A stretch of 63,174 nt of DNA, counting the filler, from Sphacelaria rigidula (taxonomy: Eukaryota): assembly GCA_964200075.2 (NCBI GenBank). It is 10 parts of 10 records of this genome, joined end to end, with 100 filler letters (N's around TTAATTAATTAA, not from the genome) between each part and the next. Parts side by side here need not be neighbours in the genome. Positions count along the whole stretch, not along the records: positions 31,640 to 37,866 come from CAXNAA020021373.1; positions 37,967 to 44,193 come from CAXNAA020021374.1; positions 44,294 to 50,520 come from CAXNAA020021375.1; positions 50,621 to 56,847 come from CAXNAA020021376.1; 6 more parts are not named here. One strand, written 5' to 3'. Below the pieces are notes generated by a model. The model was not told where the DNA came from. It did no database searches and worked only from the letters and a program-made list of their open reading frames with translations. How positions within the stretch are numbered: position 1 is the first letter of the stretch; every line of letters starts with the position of its first letter. The position numbers and the translations under genes are program-made. This document shows, piece by piece, positions 37,659-50,699 of this stretch.

Positions 37659-40600
37659 ACACATATTTTGTTTTGTGTTTCTTTCGATTTGTCAGCTCTA
37701 GATGATTCAGGTCATGGTTTCCGTAATGCATCTGCGCTTACATCGGGTGGAGCCGCTCACGCTACTTTGTGGGGCATGGATTTGTACGGCGTTTCCCGTT
37801 GTTCAGTACAGGTGCCCTGGCCTGGGCGTCTGCGAAAAAGGGCTGTTTGTTTTGAGCACAAGCGGTNNNNNNNNNNNNNNNNNNNNNNNNNNNNNNNNNN
37901 NNNNNNNNNNTTAATTAATTAANNNNNNNNNNNNNNNNNNNNNNNNNNNNNNNNNNNNNNNNNNNNAAACGTTAGAAACCCGTGAACTGTACCGAACACC
38001 GCGAAAAAAGTGCACCCCTACCGTAGCATTGCTCACTCGCCAAAAATACACGAAATAATATATTATGTGTGTGTAGTAACCCTGGTCATGGGGAAAAAAG
38101 CATTATTTTCTTTTCACACAAGACTTGTATAGGTATACGTTCCTTCTTGCCGTGTCTGGTATTGGTCTTAGGAAAAGGACGATCGTATCAGAAAACTGCG
38201 ACCGCCTTTCCCCTCTGCTTATGTCAGTGTGCATGCAGCATACAATGCATATGAGGCTGTGGTCTGGCTGCCCCATTGTTCTCGTCGGCGGGATCCGGCT
38301 AAGACTTCGAGTCGTCGCATTCAGACGTGTTGTCAAGTGTGGGTATACAAAATACCGGCTTTCGAGTATCATACGTATGAATTAAATGCGGTAGGCACCC
38401 GACCCATGCTTGTCCCCCATGCTGCACATTCCGACAGACCCCCCCCACACACATCACATTCTCCTTCATCATGACAACAACACGGCAACTCTCATGTGAT
38501 GGCGCATCCAAATGCCGTACAGGCGGTCACACTCGAGGGAGAAAGCCGGAGCGTGCAAGATCTTCACCGTAGGCTGTCCCAGAGCAAATATATGGGTGGC
38601 GATTTTACCTTGGGGTCAACAATGCGGTACCCCAACTCCGCAGCTCTAACTGTGGTGCCGTACAAGCCACACCGGTACGGTTGAGGCCAACTGGAGAGCA
38701 TTCCTCCATCACCCGAAGGTAAGCTGGTGTTGGGTTTGATATTAGCAGAGGAAGATGACCGATCATCCGCCAGCGAGGGCTATGACTACCAAGGAAATGA
38801 GCCGTAACGCGTCCTTTCAGACCAGCACAGCCATCAGATTCGAAATGAATCGTGACAGCTGTCGCACCACGTACCGCCCGACACTCAGTCGTGCGTCCTC
38901 AGTCGTTCACAACTAAATACCCATGTCAGGTTGATATCAGTTTAACCTTCCTGCTTCACCTCAAAACTACTGTGCGCATCTTACGATTCTTGATCTCAGA
39001 GTAGAAAGCATGTCTGTTGGAAGAAGTGCACCCCCGTACTACCCGGAGAAGTGCTGTGTCCATATCTCAGTAAGTTACTGTCTGTACTGCGGTTCTTCCG
39101 CGACAGTTAAGGAAGCTAAGACTTGAGTGTACTTGAACAGATCTCGGGGCACGTATCAAAAACAAGATTCGAAAGCGCGTGCCGGGGCTGAACCCTCTTG
39201 AAATTTATTCGTGACTCACTAACTTCTTGAGTTGGATACGAGCACAGGTCGGAGGTACGATACCCAAAAAATGGGCACCACGACCCTGGTGCCCGGGTCA
39301 TGAGCCTTGCCGCGCATATACCCAATATTACAGTTGTTGCATTGCCATCAACATCGGACACGAGACGTTGACTCGTCCACATTTATCTGGCGTAGGTGCT
39401 CCTGCCCCTGACATTACATGAGCAGTGGGTGTTCAACCTCTATCATACACGCCTAGACTCTGCACGCACGGAAATCCATCGGCATTCAGAGAACACTGCT
39501 CCGTGTTGCTGAATGACGCCAGGGAAGGCGTAAGTCATATTTGACGGAGGCAGAAAAAGAGTTGGACATCCTGGAGATAACGGGGAATAGGACGGTGAAG
39601 TAGCGTGCCCGCGGATGTGCACGAACACGAGTTGATCGCGCTCGACCTGCCCCCTGAGGGGAAATCGGACTGGGTCTTCTTGTGTACGCTGTGCATCACA
39701 TTGACGCGGGCTGCAGCGCTGGTCGGGCAGTTTTTGCCCTACGACCGGCGCCGCCTGCGTGTTCGGCCGCCTCGATCCCCAAGAGCAATCCCTAGACGGC
39801 TACATAGTACCCTCGGTGTCGACGAGAATCAACCTCGTGCAGGCAAACATTCTTGAATGCCCGCCCAGGTTGGAGCCTGTTCCATGAGAACTGGGGCGCT
39901 TTTCGTTCCCACCACCGCCGAGTGTCTCCATTGCCGTTACATGTTCGTGAAACACTGCAGCGATCAATCTCTGCGATCAATCTCTGGGCCACAGCGGTAG
40001 GAACTGGGCAAGTGTCCATGTGTTGTGTAACTGTCCATATCCATATCGTTGATCAAGTTGTCACGCGTTCACCCCATGAATGCTTGGAGTACCTCATTCA
40101 AGTGTGGGTTCTGTGCGGGTTTTTGACGGAAGCAAGTCGGGAGTGGACATGTCCGAAATGCACTGGAGCAATTGCGAAAACAGGGCTGTGAACTGCCTGC
40201 TCTGGCTTGTCAAGTTTGAACTGGCCGCGCCAGCAGCCAGTATTTCGATAGTTTTCCAGTTGAACGGCGAGAAAAGTTGCGTCATTTGTTTTGTTCTGAA
40301 AAAAAAAAAAATTTCCCCCACATTGAGAAGCTGAAAGTCTTGGATAACACAGGAGGGCTGCCCCCTCAAACCTCCCAGATTGAGCACACCCCCTCCCCCC
40401 TCCCCCACCTGCCCCCTCCCCCGGCGGTCATGGGATTTAATTTTTTACACATCGAGAAACACCCAATAAATGGCTACTCTGAGGCGACCTGGGTGAGGTG
40501 GCGCACATGATTGCAGGCCCTATCTGCCACCCCGAGATGCGACAATTTTTGAACGCAAATTGACGGTGCAGATATGAACGTCCAGCTTGATCGAGCAAGT

Positions 40601-42254
40601 ATTGCAGAACATTGTGATATTTGTCTCCTCTCGTTGTCGTTGTGGAAGTGTAATATGCAATGTGTTGCCGAAACATGAATATAACCTGGCCGTACTTGCC
40701 TCCGAGGGTATGCGAAGAGTTGAAGCTTTATTCTCACGAACTATGATACTTTTCATGAAGTTTTTTTTAATTTTTTCTCTTTCCTGCTTGTATATGTTTT
40801 CTGATTTTTCATTCATGTAGTACGGGATTTTGTAACCGCCCCCCCCCCCTCCCCCCCCCCCCCCCCCCCTCCCACCCTCGAGAAAATACTAAAAAGAGGT
40901 TCGGGTCTCCGAAATATGTTTGGAGCACTCGGTGGCGTTCGAATCCCACTTGAAGCGGTGAATGATTCGAGAATCTTCCATCCGTAATATGCAGTAGCAC
41001 ACCCCGTGAGTAGAGGATGACGCAAACAAGCCAAGGCTGGCAACAGGCGGGATGAGAGCATATAATGATGAACTTTCAAGGAGGCGCAACACGCATGCTG
41101 TTGAGTTGCAAGCCTTGGTGTGTTTGGTCGTGGATTGCCGGTTGTTTGCTGTTTTTGTTCCAGATGTGCTATGAAACGACAAATATGGCACATTCGCAAT
41201 AATATCACTTCGAGGTGTGGTGGAAACTTCTAAGTGTGGTGGAATGAGTCCTGTACTGTACTGTCCGTACCTGCACTGATATCAGGTGCAGACCTCAATC
41301 CTACAATCATTTTGTTCTATCATGTAAGCATTTTTGCTATAATATAAGCACACTGCAAATGGTAAAAACATGGCGGGCAACGGTAAAATTCAAATAAACT
41401 GGATAATGTGGAGTCCTGATCATTGGTTCCAGTTGAACTGTCGACATGAACTGGTCTAGTTCACAGCCCTAGGAATGGGTGTGTCCGCAGCGATGTCCCT
41501 TACCGCGTCCATCTTGCATATGTTGGTTTTGTCTCGCACCAGCAGCCTTGTGTTTGTGTTTTGACGGAAAATATGACCCGGTATACTGTCCAGGTACTTC
41601 CGGTGTCCTGTCGAGATCGGAGAAAATCGAGCCCAAGATTTGGTCATCATCCAAGATTTTGAACGTCCACATGGACAGCAGTAAATAACCTCGATGGAGC
41701 CCATGTTGGGAGCTACTTGTGAAATACCACCGAATTAAAATGTGAGTATTAGCCGAGTTGTATATTGTGTGCCGTGACTTTGTTACCATGACTATGACGT
41801 GAAACACGCCGTGAAAATCGGTCATACCAGCGTTTGTGAACTTGTACATCGTGGCACAGGAGATCCATCATGGGTACTGACCGTCACAACGAGATGTCGA
41901 GATTCCACTAATGCCGGACCGTACGAGAATGGATGTTCCAGGAGTCTCGACGTGTAGATGCTACTTGCGACACTTCGGCATACTCCACGAAAAATGAACG
42001 TGGAGCATTGATTGGAGCGTAGTGGGGTCTGTGGTTAAGGGATCGGGGACGGAATGTCACTGTTTGATGAAGGAAGTTGGGAAACATCAACGGATAGCCA
42101 TGGCATCCGATATCGGGCATCACGAAACCGAGAGTTTCATCCGGTGAAGAGCAGCGGTTCAACGAAACTGTGGAGACGAGGGTAGAATTTTTACTCGCGG
42201 AAACTGAAATTCATCTGTGATAATTGGATGAAAGATGACACACCACCAATAAAA

Positions 42255-43110
42255 GGAGAAAAAAGCTCCCTCTACTGAACTTGAGTATGAGGAAAGGCTA
42301 TCATCCGGAATCAACATGAACTGTCGGAGGTCTGGCGCTGTCTCGGACCTTGTGCATATCCTAAATGAGATGTCTTCGGTGTTTCATGTACATGATGACT
42401 GGTGCAGTAGATTCACAGCCACGATAGTCCGAGACACATGATCAAAAATGACTTCGGATGTATCTGCAATGACAGAATTTATCACGCATGATCGCCACAG
42501 CGGACGCTATCGGACCGATGAACGAAGAAAAAGCTCCCTCTACTGAACTCGAGTATGAGGAAAGGCTATCATCCGGAATCAACATGAACTGTCGGAGGTC
42601 TGCCGTTGTCCCGAACCTTTTGCATTCCCGGTATTGAAGATCTATCTTGTGATGTACATACACGACTCGTGCAGGAAAAAGAAATAAGTACCACGTGACG
42701 GCGAACTATATCGGGTAATTTCGGATGAAAGAATGCATCCCATATATTCATCACGACGGACGCGTTTGTATCGATGAACGATGTTTAGGTACCTGTACTG
42801 TATTCCCACGAAGGACGCAAGACCGATGAACGAAAAAAAAGCTCCCTCTACTGAACTCGAGTATGAGGAAAGGCTATCATCCGGAATCAACATGAACTGT
42901 CGGAGGTCTGCCGTTGTCCCGAGCCTATTGCACTCCCTGTATGGGATGTCTTTCTTTGACTTCTGCTTACATGACTCGTTCAGGAAAATCTCTGCCACAA
43001 AAGTCCGCAAGTACACGGTGACGGCGAACTACATGAAGTAAATTCGGAGAAGAAATGCATCCGACATGTCCATGACGGACGCGTTGTATCGATGAAAGAT
43101 GTGAAGGTAC
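42255..43110. repeat. Three-copy tandem repeat (periods 268 and 308 bp) with a near-identical ~70-bp core
   Basis: GCTCCCTCTACTGAACT(T/C)GAGTATGAGGAAAGGCTATCATCCGGAATCAACATGAACTGTCGGAGGTCTG at 42265, 42533 and 42841. Confidence 0.9.
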
Positions 43111-44124
43111 CTGTAGTGAACTTTGATTTTGAGGATGGGCGCTCACCCGGAATCGATGTGTGAATTTCACTGTACGTCCGTGGTTCAGATCGCGGCTGAA
43201 GCGTCATCGATCGAGATTTCACCTGAGTTCTGATTTATTTTTGGAGTCTAAAGCTGGGAAGGCGAAGACAAATGTAACCGTACATGCACAGCTCCCGCTT
43301 ACACAACGAGACGACTGAAAACCCCTGTAGTCGAACTTTTGCCGAAACTAGCTCTCATTGGAACTGAGACGAGAAGATGAGAAACCCCACTAGAGGAGCG
43401 GAGGCATTGCACTAAAATCAAAACGAGGGACTTGCAGTGATGGATTGATTTTTCCTCGGCGTGATTGTCATGAACTGGGATTCGTGAGCACCCGCATCCA
43501 CCGACCGCTTGGACGAAATTTTTGCTCAAGAGGTCGACCGATGGACTCGGGAACGATGTACAAGATCCCCCAACTGAACCGCGGGATTCAACGTGAAGTG
43601 CAGGGGTCTTTGCTACCACGCTAGCAAGACGAAAACTAGCGTCGAGGAGTTTGTGATTATTGGCGTCGTGTCGAGGAGCTTGTGATTTTTTTCCACGCAC
43701 ATGCCGTTCTTCTCCGCAGCTTCCATGAGAACACGAGTAATCGGGGATCCTGGGGATATCCGCGGAGGTGCCACTGAAGGAGTGCACTGGTTGTAACAGT
43801 CGCTCGATGACTCGCGCGAATAAGTTGCACGGGATCGCACGTGCACCCATCTGAGCGCTGTTCGGGAGGCAATGATGACCTTCAATTGGGAATCTCTCCG
43901 AGAAAGCCGTAGTTGGCCCACCGGTGAAGAGAGGACCTCACAGAAATGGGTCTTGAATCAAATCCTGAGCCTCCGAAATTTTGTGGTGTACAGGGGTCGA
44001 CGGCTGAACAAATCGACTGCAGTAGTTTTTCGTACTGAGCACCAACAAGGCGAATGTATGATGTGAGGATTACTGAGCACCAACCGGTTTCCACATTTGC
44101 GAGGATTTCGATCTGGTCTACTAG

Positions 44125-44193
44125 CCGGTCGCCCCGGTGGCTCAGTTGGTAACCTCGTAACCTTCTGATGGTTGAGTTGGGGGGTTCGATTCC
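44125..44193 (+). mobile_element. tRNA-derived SINE head (Pol III A and B boxes), truncated by contig end
   Basis: A box TGGCTCAGTTGG and B box GGTTCGATTCC. The middle segment resembles the SINE head at 7716-7775(-). Confidence 0.7.
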
Positions 44194-44307
44194 NNNNNNN
44201 NNNNNNNNNNNNNNNNNNNNNNNNNNNNNNNNNNNNNTTAATTAATTAANNNNNNNNNNNNNNNNNNNNNNNNNNNNNNNNNNNNNNNNNNNNAGGTCGC
44301 GCGAGCA

Positions 44308-47300
44308 TTGACCCGCCCCCCTCCCGTCAGCGGAAAATTCCGACCTCATTCTTCCCCCAAAGCGGCGACTTCGAGCTCGATGACATTGCCAGGTATCCAA
44401 GAGGAACCCAAATCGGACCTTTCAGACGGTGCCGCTTCCTCCACTGATAGCCCCCGTGGCACTTCGCAGCAATCTATTTTTAATGATGACCCTTGTACTT
44501 CCAAGCCAGTCACCTACGAGATTGATCAAAATCCTGATTCACGCTGCCCTTCACGATCGGATCAGACCCCCGCGCTGTCTACCGATACCTTTGAAGCCCC
44601 CGCGGATCACCCGCCATCCATTTTCACGGTCAGTCCGACTAATCCTGACCAATTCATGACATCTGAACATGTTCGTGACCTCGTCGGTGGTAAAGTGTCC
44701 GTTGATCCTGCCACCTTCACTACCCGCGTCGCATTACACTGCGGCCCTTACGCCGCCACGCGCGCCAAGTGCGTCTCGTTGCTAGACAGCGGTAGTCCAC
44801 AGACATCCATCAAAGAATCCATGTGGAACCACATGAAGCAGACTAGCGCTGCTTCCGATGTTTGCGAAATCACTACCCAACCTCGCGTTTGGGGCGGTTT
44901 CGGTGACTCCAAAACACCCTTGATGACACGAAAATCTATTCGTCTCAGTGTACATTTTTTCCACAATGACACACGTTCGGCTAGTCTCGCAGTTTGGGCT
45001 TGCATCGTCCCTGACAGCACCATGCATCATGCTCTCCTTCTTGGCAGAGATAGCTACATGCGGTTCGACCAACGTACATACCGCACCCTCCCACCATTAT
45101 CGCCTCAGTCGGCGCCTCGTGAAGAACTCCAATTAAAACATTTTGGTACCCTCAGTGGTGCCTTAGTTTACAAAAAGAACGAGCAGGCTACCGGAGCGGT
45201 TTACCACCTTCGGTCCAATGGCAATTCTGGTGTCACCCTTTCCGACGAGCCTCAAGTTTTGGAAATTGTGTTCGCCGCAACGGCATGCCTGCCCTCACCG
45301 GCCATTACCTTGCGGAATTGCTGCCTAAAGTTGGTGCACCCGCTGGCACTGAGCGTTTTGTCTCGGACGGCGAACAACTCCTGCCTCTCACAGGTCACGT
45401 TAATGTGGAACCCGGCGATGTCTTGGACATCGCCGCGGCTCCTCTTATGCACATTCCTCTGGATACCTGTGTAGCCGACCCTCCGGCGCCTGCTCCCACA
45501 CCGCCGACTGATGGTTCTGTTGTTCACTGCGTTGATGAGCCATACTTTGATCTATCCCCCTCATCCCCCACTCGGATTTCTGCGATGGATTCCGACCGAC
45601 CACCTGCTGAACCTCCTGATGAAGTGCTTCAACGCTTATCGGTCGAGTCTCGGGAACACTTCCTGCAAATGTGGCACCAACTTCCACCTCATTTGCGTGA
45701 TATCCATTTCGATCTACATGACCCGGGCTGGGAGCCCGCTGTCATCCAAGAGTTACAAGATGTTCTCCTGGAATATCAGGACAGATTTTCCCTATCCAAG
45801 ACGGATCCCGGGCATTGTAAAACATTGCTATTCGAGATAACCCTGCAACCTGGCGTTTCGCCAATCTCATCTCGACCATATCGAACGAATCCCCTCCTCA
45901 CCAATAAAGTCAATGCTATTTTGGATGCATACTTAGGAGCTCGTCTGATTCAACACTCGTCTTCGCCATGGGCCTCACCCCTCGTGGTTGTCCCCCCAAA
46001 AAGATGGCAACATACGCATCACCGTGAATTACAAACGGCTGAATTGCGTCACTGTCGTGGGAAAACTTCCCATACCTCGCATCGACGAAGTGAACGACTC
46101 TCTCGGCGAAGGAAAAATATTCAGCACTTTCGATCTCGCATCTGGATTTTTCCAAAACGCAATTCACCCCGATACAGTTCCCTTGACAGCGTTCTGTACA
46201 CCTTCAGGGCTTTATGAATGGCTTCGTATGCCACAAGGCGCTGCCACAGCACCTGGCTGCTTTCAACGTCTCATGCAACGCGTTACTGACGGTCTCGAGC
46301 ATGTTATCATGTATTTGGACGATGCTATCGCTTTTGATGCCTCCCCCAAGGCGCATGTTCGCACTCTACGCGAATTCCTCTCCCGCTTGCGTACACACGA
46401 CTTGAAATTGTCTCCATCCAAAGCTCAACTCGGAGCGACTGAATTTGAGTTTTTGGGACACTCCATCTCTCCTGCTGGATTGCACCCAGACACGAACAAA
46501 GTCAAGGCTATAACTGATATGCCCATGCCCACCAATATTTCGCAGCTTCGCTCGCTGTTGGGCGGACTCTCTTATTATCGCAAAATTTTGCCCAACTTGT
46601 CCAAGCGGATCCGACCTATTACCGGTTTATTGAAGAAAGACGTCCCGTTTGTCTTCACTAAAGAAATGGAAGCTACCGTCCGTGAATTGCTCAAAACACT
46701 GACCGAAAAAACGGTTCTTTGTTTTCCGGATTGGGATGCGGTACAAGACGGCTCACGTCTTTTCCAACTGCACACGGATGCCTGTACAGATGGGTTCGGC
46801 GTCGTTTTGAATCAGCCTCAACTAGATGGCTCTGTCCGACCTATTTTGTACATCAGCCGCGCAACCCTCCCAAATGAGGCAAACTGGAGTCCACTCGAAC
46901 TAGAAGGTGGAGTCATAACTTGGGCTATCAAAGGCTTCAACAGTACTTGTTCCACGTGCCTTTCCACATCTATACAGATCACGGAGCTCTTGAACAACTC
47001 GCTAAGGTTGGAGAGCATAACCCCTGCGTACAACGGTGGCTGGAGTTCTTGACTGCTTACCAGTACACCACACCCTGGATAATATGTGGTCAATACTTGC
47101 AATACACAATAAACGTACTGCATAAAGTTTAGGCATATTGCAAGTATTGCCGGCCGACAATAGTCGCAATAGGCCTATACTTTATGCAGTACGTTTATTG
47201 TGTACTGCAAGTATTGACCACATATTGTCCAGGGTGTGCAGTACACTGTTGAACACCGTCCGGGCAAAACCAACGGCAATGCTGACCTTCTTTCGCGATT

Positions 47301-50195
47301 GCCTCTGCCCCCTACAGCGGTAGATTTCAGTCCCGCTTGCCGCTTGACTGAACCTGATGAACCAGGCGTCTACCCCATTCGGCGTTTTTCTACGCCCATC
47401 TACGCGCTTGACCTGCAATGCCCCGAAACAGGTCTGCACATGGGGGCCCCCCGCTCTCTGCCCCCTGATGCAGTTCTGGATGGCTTAGCGCCCACAGTTG
47501 CTGACTTTGCCGACTCTCGCACTTCCAGCCCTCGCGCGAACATCTTGGCGCCGCCACCACCAACTGTTCACTTCATCTCCGACAACACGCGTTCTCGATC
47601 GGCAGCTCGCGGAAATTCTTCGCGTGCCGTGATACCACCGCCACCGTCGGCCGCTTCTAGCAATGCGTCGCCGCCGCCGCCTCGTGCCCCCACGAGCCGT
47701 ACAACATTTACCACAACCGGCCACGCGCCCACTGTTATACCGACAAAGTCCGCGCCCCTTGCGCGCCCAACAGGCCGATCACGTTCACCAGTTCGCGCTA
47801 CCTCCACTCAGCCTTCTGGGAATCTCCCTGCACCTGCGCCTCTGACTCGCGATCTGCATGCGTCAGCTCCGCTTCCGGACCATAATGTTGACGTCGGCAC
47901 CCCTGCTTCCTCACCTGTGCCACCCGCTCCTGAGCCACCATGTTTGATCGGCTTCTCCGGCTGAAGGACAACTTCGAGAATTTGTCGCTACCTACTCTCA
48001 CCGCGATTGGGCTCGCGATCAACAACAGGAACCGCTTTGTCGCGCGACAATGCGTTACTTACGGCTTAACTACCCCATCCCTTTCCCGGCTGAGATCCTG
48101 ACTCCAGTGGGCATGCTACCCGCCCCCACCGTCTCTGAAATGCTCGAGCTTGCACGCAAAGGTACTATCTTCGCGACTGACGACGACGTCCATTTGTTTG
48201 TTCGCCGACCCAGCTCCCAGTTGAGCACGGCTGCCACAGTCATAACTGCCACTCCGGCACATTCACGTCATGACGCTCCTATCCGCATCCATGTCCCTAT
48301 CATGATGCGCCCGTGAGTCATGAAGGGCTGTCACTCTGATTTGTCCTGCCACTTAGGCATCACGCGCACGTTAGCGCTCCTTGAACGTTTTATTGGTGGG
48401 TCAGCATGGAAGCATCCACACGTTTTTGGATCCGACGATGCTTCAAATGTCAGGCTCGCAAAACCTCTTGACAGACGGTATGATGGCCGGTGATTTCCAT
48501 GAACTCCCAAACGCTCCTGGTCACTTCGTATCGTTTCACTACTTCGGCCCTTTACCCACCACTGACCGCGGTAATACCTACATTCTGCTTTTCACCGATC
48601 GCTTCACCCGTCACGCGGCTATGTACGCTGTTACTGCTAGCGATTTCACTGCTGCCGGCACAGCGGACATTCTCGTCCATGACTACATGAAGCATTATGG
48701 CTGCCCGGAATGGCTCCTCTCCGACAATGGTCAACAATTTTGCTCCGAACTCTCGGATGCTTTGTACAAGCTCCTCGGCATTCGCAAAATTGCCACAAGC
48801 GCCTATCGCCCTAACGGTAACGGTGGAACTGAACGTGTGAACCACACGATGGCTCAAATGCTCTCCATGGTCGTAAACGACCGTCAGAATGACTGGGACC
48901 TTTATCTTTCGAATGTCATGCTGTCTTACAACCATTCGGTTAACGCGGCTACAGGCCTCTCGCCCAACGAGCTACATCTTGGACGCTATCCTCGTCTGCC
49001 CATCACCGTTTTCGAAAGACATACCTTCGATGGTCACCAAGGTCTGGAACAGGATCAGCTGTCCTACCACGACCTCGTCAGAGCTCGTCAGCGCAAGGCT
49101 TCCACTTTGGTGCGCGAACAACACGCTATCAACGCCTCACGCCTTGAAAGATCTAATACCGCCCTCTACAACTTGGTGCATAAACGCCCTACTTGAAAAA
49201 TCGGCGACTGGGTCTGGATCTACAACAGTTTGTCCACCATCCGTCAAGGCGCTGACCGCACTGCCCAGGCAACAGTCTTGAAGACCAAACTGTCCCTCAA
49301 TCGGACGGGTCCGTTCAAGATTCTCATAGTCGGACCCTCGCCGACGTCTCCTGACGGCAAGCCTGTTGGCGACAAACTCCTCTACCTCGATTTACCTCGT
49401 GACCTCCAAGGACATGACGCTAAATCTCGCGTCTCTGTGCATCGTTGCAAGCCTTGCACGAACCCGCATGACACTACTGACATGCCTCAATACCTGCCTG
49501 CAGGTCTCACTCGATACGTGCTCAACAGCTACTCAAGAAAATCTCCACCGTACCACGGTACCACCGATGACGTGACTGAACAACCTCTCCGCTTGGCCGT
49601 GTCCCACATTTCCGGCCACCAAATCACTCGAGGTCCTGGCGGCAAAATTGCTCTTATGAACAAGACACACTGGCAAGGTCTTCGGCGTGCGTCTTGGGAA
49701 CGCGAGTCCGACCTTCAGCCGCACCGTCGTGCTGTCCTTCTCTATTGGACACAATCCCCACAGCAACAGCTCGCTGACAACAAGGGATATCGTAACATGA
49801 GACGCGGTGCTGCCGCCCGCGAACTCCATCGCGACAGAGGACTACATTTTGTAGCCGATGGTTACGAACTCGTACCCACCAAACAATGGGACGAAAAGAT
49901 TCGCGCAACACAACAACCGCTCCCTAAAGGTGCCTACTTGTGGTATAAGGGCAGCGATTACCTCTGGCGGCTAGATCAGATCCACTCCGTCGATGCCCTC
50001 GCGGCCGACACGTACATCGTGCGCTTCCTCGGCGACCCTGGGCCCGTTCAGCTCGAGCTTCGCCCCGATTTATACACGACCAGCCCCTCCGCACCCAACG
50101 GTTCCTGGTGCCTACAACGCTTCAAGTTACACGGCCTACGCCGCGGCCTTCAGCGCAATATCGATCGTACACACGACACCAATGCACCATCTTGA
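44308..50195 (+). mobile_element. Ty3/gypsy (chromovirus-like) LTR retrotransposon pol region, inactivated
   Basis: Order protease (LLDSGS ~44779) - RT (SPWASP, FDLASGFFQ, MPQG, YLDD at 46312, FLGH) - RNase H (LHTDAC, ELE, YTDH, NADLLSR) - integrase (H-x5-H..FYWW..CFKC, LSDNGQQF, NGGTERVNHT) - chromodomain-like C-terminus. Frameshifts, stops and a MITE insertion. Confidence 0.96.
47069..47238. mobile_element. 170-bp almost fully palindromic hAT-type MITE inserted in the gypsy RNase H
   Basis: ~73-bp inverted arms starting CACACCCTGGA. Perfect TSD CAGTACAC at 47061-47068 and 47239-47246. Removing the element and one TSD restores WLEFLTAYQYT|VEHRPGKTNGNADLLSR. Confidence 0.95.
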
Positions 50196-50699
50196 GTCCT
50201 ATCTCCTTGCACTCCCATTCTCGCGATTTTTTCTCTTTCCTCCCAGTTTGGTTTTGGTATTTCCCTTGTCCCCACTCAGTTACGCTCTCCTCTTCACTGC
50301 TTCACCTACGATGGCTCTCCTATCGCGGTTCATCTCTGCCCTCATCGGCCCCTTCGACGACTTCCTCTGGACCCCCTTCGACCCCTTCCATTGGCCTCAT
50401 CGCTGCCACCACTTTGTCTGGCTGGCACTCGACCCTATTCGGGTCCTTGAGTTTTTGTTTTCCTGCTTGAGATTGCCACTGTAACAACAAATTGTGCGAA
50501 TTGAGGTTTAACTTCGAGATNNNNNNNNNNNNNNNNNNNNNNNNNNNNNNNNNNNNNNNNNNNNTTAATTAATTAANNNNNNNNNNNNNNNNNNNNNNNN
50601 NNNNNNNNNNNNNNNNNNNNCCCCCCTCCTCCCTGCCAACCCCCCCTGCCTCACCTGAATAACAAACAGGTCAAATCTGAGGACGTTCAAACAATGTTC

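Larger units (their letters stand above)
31971..37866 (+). mobile_element. Ty1/copia LTR retrotransposon, near full length, inactivated; 3' LTR beyond the contig end
   Basis: Domain order gag - two zinc knuckles (CHVCQKMTTHRARDC, CVRCGKRGHSLIDC) - protease (WVLDTGAT ~33846) - integrase (HAHVH..CRGC, VRSDGGGEF, PQFNGVAER) - RT (KARLVARGF, IYGVKQAGRQW, VHVDD) - RNase H (YCDADYA, STTEAEY, KQIDVRWHFIRD, ADSLTKPL). Multiple stops and frameshifts. Confidence 0.96.

Noticed and set aside
42255..43110. CRISPR-like array
   Set aside because: The repeat (70 bp) and spacers (>190 bp) are too long, the spacers are partly homologous, there are no cas genes, and the context is eukaryotic.
44125..44193. 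tRNA gene
   Set aside because: A and B boxes are present but there is no convincing cloverleaf, the sequence is truncated, and it matches the SINE head at 7716-7775.
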